From contig JALSQG010000095.1 of NCBI GenBank assembly GCA_026985565.1, positions 6,634 through 38,633 on the forward strand: a DNA stretch of 32,000 nucleotides, given 5' to 3'. The position numbers were made by a program, and so were the translations under genes. Source of the DNA: Deltaproteobacteria bacterium. GTDB lineage: Bacteria > Desulfobacterota > Dissulfuribacteria > Dissulfuribacterales > QOAL01. This document shows, piece after piece, positions 1-7,045 of this stretch. Position 1 is the stretch's first letter; each line of letters starts with the position of its first letter. The notes under the pieces were generated by a model that saw only the letters and a program-made list of their open reading frames with translations, was not told where the DNA came from and searched no databases.

Positions 1-549
1 GAGCTCGGAACGGGTAACCTCGAACATCTCATCAGGGGCAAGATCGGTATTGTACACATTTGCCGAACCCACGGTCTTGCCACCTTTTATCCCGGATAGA
101 TCCGGACTGCTTGCCCAGTTCTTCCAGCCAGTGGATGCCGGTGGAAAGATATGGGCATTAAGATTCTCCATGTAATCGTGATCGAGGCGATGAAGAAAAC
201 GGCCATAGTCTGCCTCATAGATGAGGATTCTCTTGAAGGATACAAGCCCTCCATACTCCTGATCGTCCACGTCCCTGTAAAGGGCATCTGCATTAAAATC
301 GAGGCCGTTTTTTGAAAGCTCGAGATTTCCCCCAAGATATGTGGTCCACTTGTATCCAACTGACGAGTTGTATTCAGCACCGCCCTTTGCGCCACTTTCG
401 TCTCCGTGGAGCTTGTCAAGGGCAGTAGTTGCCCCCACCTTGATCTGGCCTGAATACCACTTGCCTTCCTCTTCACCAAAGACGGCGGACGCCCCGGCAG
501 TTGCCAGTGCAAAAATCGCCGTCATAAAAAGTATTGCTGCTTTTTTCAT
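1..549 (-). CDS. Outer-membrane beta-barrel protein, MtrB/PioB-like (5' part only; runs off the left edge)
   Basis: Not in the ORF track because there is no in-window stop. Reading triplets by hand from ATG (complement of 547-549) to position 1 gives 183 sense codons and no stop. GGAGGT lies 7 nt upstream of the ATG. The N-terminus MKKAAILFMTAIFALATAGASA looks like a Sec signal. It is followed by alternating-hydrophobic, Gly/Tyr/Asp-rich segments (YSGQIKVGATTAL, GGNLELSKNGLDFNADALYRDVDDQEY) typical of barrel strands. The gene starts 17 nt after the decaheme gene stop. The family call rests on context and composition. Confidence 0.6.
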   Translation of the reverse strand, partial: MKKAAILFMTAIFALATAGASAVFGEEEGKWYSGQIKVGATTALDKLHGDESGAKGGAEYNSSVGYKWTTYLGGNLELSKNGLDFNADALYRDVDDQEYGGLVSFKRILIYEADYGRFLHRLDHDYMENLNAHIFPPASTGWKNWASSPDLSGIKGGKTVGSANVYNTDLAPDEMFEVTRSEL

Positions 550-566
550 CGGCTTTACCTCCTTGG

Positions 567-1568
567 CTACCGGGTTAGTCCGTGTCCGCTTGTCACGGTC
601 TGGGAAGTGTAATCAGAGCCGTGAACATACTGGTGACACTGGGTACATTTGGTCATAAAAGACTTTTGGAAACCGTAGTTGGTTCCAAGAAGTTTCCTGC
701 CATTGTCATAGGGGCTGCCTCCGCCTGGTATTCCGTGTTTTTCAAGGCTTGAAGCCCTTGCAGCATGGAAATGTGCCTCATGACACTGGAGACACAGGAA
801 TGGCTCCTGCTGCTTGAGCAGGTTGTTGGCTACAGTGCCGTGAGGATCATGACAGATGAGACAGTCTTCAACCACCGGATCGTGCTCGAATACGAATGGC
901 CCCTGGTAACGGGTATGACATTTAAGGCAAAGATCGTTTACACGCTCATCTGTCTTTAGCATCCCAGGCTCAAGGCTGCCGCTTCCATGTGGATTGTGAC
1001 AGTCTGTGCACCCCATCTTCCCTTCTCTTACCGGGTGATGGGATTGGAGATACATCTGAGAAGTTATGTCACCATGACAAGATGCGCAAAGTGCCATTTC
1101 ATCAGCCTTTGTCAGAAGGTTCTTATTCTTGTTATGATGCACCTTGTGACACTCGGTGCAGGAAACATCCCTTTCTGCATGCACAGATCCGGGCCAGTTC
1201 ATATTTTCATCCACCTGATGACAGGTGGTACACACGCCTGCCACCTCTTCAGGGGAAAGTCCATGATCAAATTTCAGGATTTTCTCAGTATCCCCCTCCC
1301 CTTTGACATGAAGAGAACCAGGTCCATGGCAAGACTCACAACCTGTCTTATATCCGCCAGAGACCTCAAAATCGGCTATCTTCATGTGCACGTTGTATTT
1401 GTCACTGGAAAGATCCTCATGACATTCAAGGCAAGTTTTACTCCCTACATAGGTTGCACCAGGTGCCACTTCTGGAGCCTTTATGACATTTGCCCTCTTT
1501 TGAAGCACCTGGGCACAGCCGATAACAAAAAGCATACCGACTGTCAGACCAATAAATTTCCTAATCAT
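567..1568 (-). CDS. Decaheme c-type cytochrome, MtrA/DmsE family
   Basis: 333 aa with ten CXXCH motifs: CLECH, CESCH, CTTCH, CTECH, CASCH, CTDCH, CLKCH, CLICH, CLQCH, CTQCH. Size and heme count equal Shewanella MtrA/DmsE. The C-terminal CTQCHQYVHGSD resembles the family end. GGAGGG lies 5 nt upstream of the ATG. The N-terminal signal ends in a lipobox-like VIGC. Confidence 0.9.
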   Translation of the reverse strand: MIRKFIGLTVGMLFVIGCAQVLQKRANVIKAPEVAPGATYVGSKTCLECHEDLSSDKYNVHMKIADFEVSGGYKTGCESCHGPGSLHVKGEGDTEKILKFDHGLSPEEVAGVCTTCHQVDENMNWPGSVHAERDVSCTECHKVHHNKNKNLLTKADEMALCASCHGDITSQMYLQSHHPVREGKMGCTDCHNPHGSGSLEPGMLKTDERVNDLCLKCHTRYQGPFVFEHDPVVEDCLICHDPHGTVANNLLKQQEPFLCLQCHEAHFHAARASSLEKHGIPGGGSPYDNGRKLLGTNYGFQKSFMTKCTQCHQYVHGSDYTSQTVTSGHGLTR

Positions 1569-1670
1569 AGGTACCCTCCATAATCCTTGTTCTGGTTGGA
1601 AAATCCTCTTTTCCCAATGATCAGTCTACCTACGCCTGAAATCTGCTATCACCCCCTTTCATCCTGTAAT

Positions 1671-1710
1671 AAAAAAACCGCCAAGGCTTCATAGCAAAAA
1701 CCGTTGGCGG
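1671..1710 (-). terminator. Intrinsic terminator or attenuator hairpin between mobB and the cytochrome gene
   Basis: The minus strand reads CCGCCAACGG-TTTTTGCTATGAAG-CCTTGGCGG followed by TTTTTTT (plus-strand A-run 1671-1677). The stem is 9 bp with one bulge. Confidence 0.5.
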
Positions 1711-1884
1711 CTAATAAAAAAATGATGTTTGGCCTTTCAGTCTAAGACGGTGATACGACCCGACGGGCCGATACTCTATCAAGATTCAGTTAAATAAAAC
1801 AAAACCTCTTTGGGAATAACAGTGATACAATGCCCCCTCCCATGCACCCTGTTATTTGTTTTTTCTTCTTGTGATTATTTTTTT

Positions 1885-1912
1885 AAATTACATAAATTAC
1901 AAACCATGTCAA
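1885..1912 (-). promoter_or_regulatory. Candidate sigma70-type promoter for the cytochrome/porin operon leader
   Basis: Minus strand: TTGACA (1912-1907), 16 nt spacer, TAATTT (1890-1885). The background is AT-rich, so a chance match is possible. Confidence 0.3.
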
Positions 1913-1957
1913 GAGAAACAATTGCTGGTAAACTTATGGTAGATGCAAAAAACAATC

Positions 1958-2620
1958 TCAATTCTTTTTCATTTTTATGAAGATCTGGATGTCCTCGGCC
2001 CCTTCTGTAAATCTCAAGGAGCTTACATATCCGCAAATGGTACCTTTCATGGAATCTCGAACAAACCTTTTAAGGGGTATTTTTCTGCCGTTAACAACAA
2101 GGGCAATTTCATCCTTTTTTTTCTTTTGGCGTAACTGAAACGTCTCTTCAATGAAATCACAAAGCACAGGGACTTCTTCATGGGAAAAATGTCGTACACC
2201 TTGAACATCAAAGTCTGATACCACTGCCATCACCCCGTTTGTGCTCTCTTTAATCAGTTGTGTAGAGATATCTGAACGGGCTACCTCGATCTTTTTGATA
2301 TCCTTGGCATGCTTAAACCCTTCACAAATGACAAGATCAAGATCAGGGAAAAGGGATAAGGCCAAAACCTCAAGGCCTCTATCATCATGGGGCCTTATGG
2401 CAGTTACGGTAGAAGGGGTTACCACTGCCAAATGCTCTATGCCTTCTCTCTGATAAAGATCGGTGTCAGATCCTTCTTTTTCAAAAGGCTGAAGGTCATG
2501 CTTGGTGGACTTTATAATGCCAATCTTGTAGCCCCTTTTTCTAAGCTCATTGGCAACCTTTCTGATTAATGTTGTCTTGCCGCTATTGTGGTATCCTACA
2601 AATGCCAGTACGTGGCCCAT
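1958..2620 (-). CDS. mobB: Molybdopterin-guanine dinucleotide biosynthesis adapter protein MobB, with a C-terminal extension
   Basis: P-loop FVGYHNSGKTTL at the N-terminus and a MobB-like core. I prefer the ATG at 2620 (GGGAGA 6 nt upstream) over the track start at 2641. About 50 extra C-terminal residues have unknown function. Confidence 0.85.
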   Translation of the reverse strand: MGHVLAFVGYHNSGKTTLIRKVANELRKRGYKIGIIKSTKHDLQPFEKEGSDTDLYQREGIEHLAVVTPSTVTAIRPHDDRGLEVLALSLFPDLDLVICEGFKHAKDIKKIEVARSDISTQLIKESTNGVMAVVSDFDVQGVRHFSHEEVPVLCDFIEETFQLRQKKKKDEIALVVNGRKIPLKRFVRDSMKGTICGYVSSLRFTEGAEDIQIFIKMKKN

Positions 2621-2721
2621 TTTTATCTCCCTTGCAACCAATGCTTTTGCTTTGTAAGGCAGCTATGGTACTTTCAAAAGCTTGGCAGTGCAATAATACG
2701 AGGCAGATTGAGTCATAAGAG

Positions 2722-3489
2722 ATGATCCCTATCACCCTTGAATTTGAAACCACAGTAATTACCAAAGAAGGCTCAGAGCCAAAACAGGAAACTGTTGCCA
2801 TTGAAACACCCTTTAGGGTCGCCCTTAATGATAAACCAATTGGTACGTCCATGGTGCTGCCAAAAGGGCTTGAGGAGTTTGGTGTGGGTTTTTTGTTTGG
2901 CCAAGGCTACATAGAAGAGCCAGGCCAGGTCAAAGAGGTTTACGTATGTCCTGAAGGAAGGATAAGCGTCTATGCTGATGTTGAAGACGTTCAGCCCAAA
3001 GAGGTTATCATCACATCTGGTTGCGGCGGAACAGGCAGGATATCCAAGAAGATGCTTGAAGGTGCCTTTGGCCCCCTTTCCGAGTGTACTATCTCCATGG
3101 AGGAAATAGGGCAATTCGTGCTTAAGGTGCTTCATCTGTCAGACCTGGGACTGAAGACCCATTGCATACACGGATGCGGCTTTTGGGCCAAAGGGCAACT
3201 GGTTGCATTCTACGAAGACGTTGGCCGGCATAATGCAGTGGACAAGATCATCGGGGCCATTCTTCTTGGCAAGATACCGTCAAAGGGGGCCATATATACC
3301 ACAGGAAGGCTTACATCAGACATGGTGCTAAAATGCGCAAGGATAGGTATCCCCATTGTAATGTCACGAACGGCCCCCTCCTCCCTGGGCCTTGCAATAG
3401 CAAGACGGGCAGGAGTTACCCTTGCTGCCTATGTACGTCCCCACCGTATAAACTGTTTCCATGCACCACAAAGAATAATTCAAAAATGA
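2722..3489 (+). CDS. fdhD: Formate dehydrogenase accessory sulfurtransferase FdhD
   Basis: Motifs: ETPFRVALND, GFLFGQGYI, SGCGGTG, EDVGRHNAVDKIIG, SRTAPSSLGLAIARRAGVTLAAYVR. This is the classic FdhD/NarQ pattern. Confidence 0.9.
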   Translation: MIPITLEFETTVITKEGSEPKQETVAIETPFRVALNDKPIGTSMVLPKGLEEFGVGFLFGQGYIEEPGQVKEVYVCPEGRISVYADVEDVQPKEVIITSGCGGTGRISKKMLEGAFGPLSECTISMEEIGQFVLKVLHLSDLGLKTHCIHGCGFWAKGQLVAFYEDVGRHNAVDKIIGAILLGKIPSKGAIYTTGRLTSDMVLKCARIGIPIVMSRTAPSSLGLAIARRAGVTLAAYVRPHRINCFHAPQRIIQK

Positions 3490-3599
3490 CATGACAAACT
3501 GTATATGCTCCAAGGTCATACCTTTCACTTCAAATTTTAATACTTAACTTTTCAATAATTACAGTAATCACACCACGAAAGAAACTGAGGCTGCCAATC

Positions 3600-4568
3600 A
3601 TGTCAAATGAAGTGCAGGAACTTGTAAAAAGACTCAGGCCAAACCTATCAATAGGGCAATATGGCCGCATATACAGGGATACCACTGAATTTATGAAGAT
3701 ATCCTATGGAGATGTCATTGCCCTTGAGGACCAGCACTATCTGGTACTGCGGGATGAAGCCGAAAGGAGCTTTGGCATAGAAGATCCCAAGTATTGGGTA
3801 AAAAGATGCATCCATCTGGAAAGTGGTGAAAGAAAGATATTAAAGCTTGTCTTTTATGAAAAATTTACCCTTAAACTCGGAGACCTGGATATCCCCTGCT
3901 ACAGAAGCCCTCGAAAGGAGGGCAGGATCCTGGATTTGGTGAGAGGTGACAGTCGTTTTATGCAGGGTGTATCAAAAAAGGATGAAAAGGGCAATCTGGT
4001 TCGAATAATCGATGTAGTAAGTGGAAAGAGGCTTGATCACCATGTCTTTGAAATGGAAATGCCCCACAGGGAATATTTTTTTAAGGAATTTCCAGGCATC
4101 CTTGAAAAGTTCATAGATTCCTGTCGGGCCATTGAATTCTTGCATGAAAACAGGGAGATTCATGGAGACATAAGAAGAGATCATCTGTGGCGCGAGTACA
4201 AAAGCGGTAACTATGTGTGGATAGACTTTGATTATGCGTATGAATTTGAGGAAAATCCCTTTGGACTCGATATCTTTGGACTTGGAAGCCTTCTTATCTA
4301 CCTTGCAGGCAAACAGATCTACACCATGGCCAACCTGTCGCAAATCCTTGGAGACAAAGACCTTGAGTTTGAGAAACAGGATTTTTCACTTCTTTATAAG
4401 AATCGTATTGTCAATCTAAGGAAGCTGTTCCCATACATCCCGGAACAGATGAACGTCATCTTTATGCATTTTTCCCAGGGAGCAGAGGTCTTTTACGAAA
4501 CGGTTTCAGAATTTTTGGCTGACCTGGAACCTTGTCTTGAAATTATAAAAAATAAGGAGGCGTCATGA
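3600..4568 (+). CDS. Atypical protein-kinase-like fold protein (uncharacterised)
   Basis: Catalytic-loop-like IHGDIRRDHL, with His where kinases normally carry the metal-binding Asn. DFG-like WIDFDYA. Subdomain-IX-like GLDIFGLGSLLIYLAG. A candidate beta3 Lys sits in RKILKLVF. There is no clear Gly-rich loop. The stop overlaps the next start (ATGA). Confidence 0.7.
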   Translation: MSNEVQELVKRLRPNLSIGQYGRIYRDTTEFMKISYGDVIALEDQHYLVLRDEAERSFGIEDPKYWVKRCIHLESGERKILKLVFYEKFTLKLGDLDIPCYRSPRKEGRILDLVRGDSRFMQGVSKKDEKGNLVRIIDVVSGKRLDHHVFEMEMPHREYFFKEFPGILEKFIDSCRAIEFLHENREIHGDIRRDHLWREYKSGNYVWIDFDYAYEFEENPFGLDIFGLGSLLIYLAGKQIYTMANLSQILGDKDLEFEKQDFSLLYKNRIVNLRKLFPYIPEQMNVIFMHFSQGAEVFYETVSEFLADLEPCLEIIKNKEAS

Positions 4569-5023
4569 AGCATGAATTCAAAAAAATACTCATTGCAGTA
4601 GATGCATCAGAAAACGCCAAAAGGGCCGTAAGCTATGTAGGCGAAATAGTCAGCGATGGACGCGGATTTCGTATCACCCTGCTTTATGTGCTAAGGAGGG
4701 TCGAAAGAGACCTGTTCCCGGATGAAAGTACCTGGATGGAAAAAATTGAAAAGGAAAAGAAAAGCGCAACAAAGATGCTTGAAAGATTGAAAGGGCTTCT
4801 TGTGGAAAAGGGTCTTGATGCAAAGGACGTTACCCATGAACTAATTGAGATCAGTGATTTTAGTATTGCACAGGCCATCATGGACTTTCAGGAAAAAGGC
4901 GGTTATGGAACCGTAGTTATTGGAAGAAGGGGCATGTCAAAGGCAGAGGAATTCTTGTTTGGCAGCATCTCCAACAAGATAGTGCACTACGCAAAAAACT
5001 GTGCTGTGTGGGTCATTGAATAG
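4565..5023 (+). CDS. Universal stress protein (UspA family, ATP-binding type)
   Basis: KKILIAVDASENAKRAV at the N-terminus. The C-terminal GRRGMSKAEEFLFGSIS fits the G-x2-G-x9-G-S ATP motif. There is a 4-nt overlap with the upstream gene. Confidence 0.9.
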   Translation: MKHEFKKILIAVDASENAKRAVSYVGEIVSDGRGFRITLLYVLRRVERDLFPDESTWMEKIEKEKKSATKMLERLKGLLVEKGLDAKDVTHELIEISDFSIAQAIMDFQEKGGYGTVVIGRRGMSKAEEFLFGSISNKIVHYAKNCAVWVIE

Positions 5024-5028
5024 ATGGT

Positions 5029-5601
5029 ATGGGTGGCAAAAGAAGACTCGTAAACTGCATTGCCTTTGATGACAGCCCCTTTTCAAAAGAATATCATGGA
5101 CCTGTACAGGTGGTTGCAACGGTTTACGCCGGCCTTCGACTCGACGGCGTCCTCATAGGTTCTGTGGAAAAGGATGGATACGATGCTGCCACTCAATTGG
5201 TGGAAATTGTCAGTAAATCAAGGTTCCACGAACACTGCAATCTGATCATGCTACAAGGGATCTGCCTTGCAGGATTCAATGTGGTGGATGCCAAAAAGGT
5301 ACACAAAGGGCTTTCAAGGCCGGTCCTGGTGGTATCAAGGAAAAAACCTGATTACCAATCTATGAGAAAGGCCCTTTTTGAAAAAATTCCCAATGGCAAG
5401 GAAAAATGGAAGATCATTGAAGAACTTGGCCCAATGGAGCCCTGCGAAAGTTGCTTTGTGCAAAGGGTTGGCCTTGGTCGGGAAGAGGCCAGAGAGGTGA
5501 TCAATTTTTTTTGTATAAACGGCAACATTCCCGAACCGCTACGTACCGCACACTTAATCGCAGGTGCAATAGGTACCGGCCACAGTAAAGGCAGGGTGTA
5601 A
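5029..5601 (+). CDS. DUF99/UPF0215 family protein (EndoV-like fold; mostly archaeal family)
   Basis: N-terminal pattern CIAFDDSPF...VQVVATVYAGLRLDGVLIGSVEKDGYDAT matches my recollection of the DUF99 signature (IGxDDgxF ... vvG.v.rg ... idGvl...i.vDG.DaT). It starts 5 nt after the Usp stop. Confidence 0.7.
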   Translation: MGGKRRLVNCIAFDDSPFSKEYHGPVQVVATVYAGLRLDGVLIGSVEKDGYDAATQLVEIVSKSRFHEHCNLIMLQGICLAGFNVVDAKKVHKGLSRPVLVVSRKKPDYQSMRKALFEKIPNGKEKWKIIEELGPMEPCESCFVQRVGLGREEAREVINFFCINGNIPEPLRTAHLIAGAIGTGHSKGRV

Positions 5602-5691
5602 TGGGCAAACGGCTTTATAAAAATCTAAAATAAGTTTATGAAGAATTTTATTTACCGTTAAATTTTTTTATCCTTTTGAAAGACAAAAAAG

Positions 5692-5973
5692 CTACTGCAA
5701 TTTCTTTTCTTCCTTTTGGATCTCTTTCAATTTTTTCTTGTAATACCTCAAACACCTTTTAATAAAGCGCTGCTGTCCCCTCTTTGATGACAGGTTCTCC
5801 CTTTCGACCGGTGCATCCCAACAGGCCAGGAGTATCAATTTGATGGGAAGGTTCATGTCCATGAGGCAGTTTATCTTGCTTTCGTAATACTCCTTCTGTA
5901 CCTGCAATTTTATCCTTTTGTTCTTGGTAACTGCCGTTATTGGAACCTCTTTTTTGGTTGCTGTCATATTCAT
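5692..5973 (-). CDS. Hypothetical Lys-rich small protein in an AT-rich islet
   Basis: Open frame only, with no recognisable motif. I prefer the internal ATG at 5973 (MNMTATKK...) because the track start at 6072 has no SD. Coding status is uncertain. Confidence 0.3.
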   Translation of the reverse strand: MNMTATKKEVPITAVTKNKRIKLQVQKEYYESKINCLMDMNLPIKLILLACWDAPVERENLSSKRGQQRFIKRCLRYYKKKLKEIQKEEKKLQ

Positions 5974-6141
5974 GAGATGTCCCTGCCTTTCAATAATCTT
6001 ATACACGTCTAATGCAAGATTATTGCCAATTAAAAACCAGGATAAGGAGGAAAATTGGTAAATAAGTCCCATGAAATGACCGATAAAGCAGACTAAGAAG
6101 AATTATTTTTCCTACTGACAGAAATATTTTTCACTTAAAAT

Positions 6142-7020
6142 ATGAAAAAAAATATCCCAGTTATTGATCTTGATACCCAGAGAAGGAAGAAAGAAATCAT
6201 CTCAAAGATCAGGAGAATACCTCCCCTTCCGGCAGCTGCCCAAGAGGTCTTGACCATTGTGGCAGAAAACCCCAGCGACATCAGAAGGCTTGAGCAGGTT
6301 ATAATGCACGATCCCTCTTTATCATCTCAGCTACTAAAGGTGGCAAACTGTGCTGCATACTATCCGGCAAGCAAAATCACAACCGTGCATAGGGCCATCG
6401 TTTTTCTCGGATTTTCAGAGGTTAGAAGCATAGCCCTAAGTCTAAGCGTATCCAGCGTCTTCAGGGGTAAAAGATCAAAGACAGGCTTTGACAGGCAAAG
6501 ATTCTGGGAGCACTCCATAGCCGCAGCAATGATAAGCAGGATCTTGGCAAGCGAACTCGAACTTGAAGAAACAGACGTATATTTTACATGTGGCCTACTG
6601 CACGACCTTGGTCGAGCCGTTATGGATACTTGTTTTCAAAACGAGTGGGGAAAAATTTTAAACCATGCGCAAGAGCATGAGTGCCCTCTTATCGTGGCAG
6701 AAAGAAAGTCCGGTTTTCCACACAATGTAATAGGAGCGTGGCTCGTAAAGAATTGGGAGCTTCCTCCAATCTATTCACGGGTCATTGCCACTCATCATCT
6801 GCATCCTGGCCATCCACACTTCAACATGGACGGTGCCATCATACAACTGGCAGATCATTTGAGCCATGAACTTGGCCTTGGCTTAGGTGTTGCTCCAAAC
6901 TGTAAGCTGACTGCCTTGACAAATTACCTGGGTCTTGGTGAAGAAAAGATAGAGATTCTTATTGAACACATAAGAGACATTGCAGAGATTGCAGAGGCGA
7001 TTTCCATGGGCATGATATAA
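6142..7020 (+). CDS. HDOD domain signalling protein
   Basis: IPPLPAAAQEVLTIV...DIRRLEQVIMHDPSLSSQLLKVANCAAY and GLLHDLGR are typical HDOD (HD-related output domain) motifs. Confidence 0.85.
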   Translation: MKKNIPVIDLDTQRRKKEIISKIRRIPPLPAAAQEVLTIVAENPSDIRRLEQVIMHDPSLSSQLLKVANCAAYYPASKITTVHRAIVFLGFSEVRSIALSLSVSSVFRGKRSKTGFDRQRFWEHSIAAAMISRILASELELEETDVYFTCGLLHDLGRAVMDTCFQNEWGKILNHAQEHECPLIVAERKSGFPHNVIGAWLVKNWELPPIYSRVIATHHLHPGHPHFNMDGAIIQLADHLSHELGLGLGVAPNCKLTALTNYLGLGEEKIEILIEHIRDIAEIAEAISMGMI

Positions 7021-7045
7021 AATGAGGGCAATTGCTTCTTTCGAA

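Noticed and set aside
87-658. Track ORFs 87-512 (-) and 341-658 (+)
   Set aside because: Both overlap the edge-truncated minus-strand frame 1-549, which has an SD, a signal peptide and barrel-like composition. 87-512 is in a different frame on the same strand. Both products are Pro/Ser/Arg-rich shadow translations without motifs.
765-1583. Plus-strand ORFs 765-959, 987-1583 and 989-1306
   Set aside because: They are antisense shadows of the decaheme cytochrome gene. Ten CXXCH motifs make the minus-strand frame unambiguous.
1569-1957. Known riboswitch classes (GEMM-I c-di-GMP/cGAMP, Moco) in the cytochrome leader
   Set aside because: I looked for the GEMM-I core strings I remember (GCAAACC..., GACGCAAAGC, GGTAGC) and for a Moco-like architecture and found none. 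The leader is reported only as an unclassified structured element.
2660-2700. Sigma-54-like TGGCA strings (cttggcagtgcaataata here, and ttggcagtaaaag near 23665)
   Set aside because: Neither has the TTGC element at the required spacing from the GG (TGGCAC-N5-TTGC).
1943-2852. ORFs 1943-2134 (+), 2241-2453 (+), 2387-2569 (+) and 2583-2852 (-)
   Set aside because: They overlap mobB or fdhD, which have clear family motifs. None has an SD or a recognisable domain.
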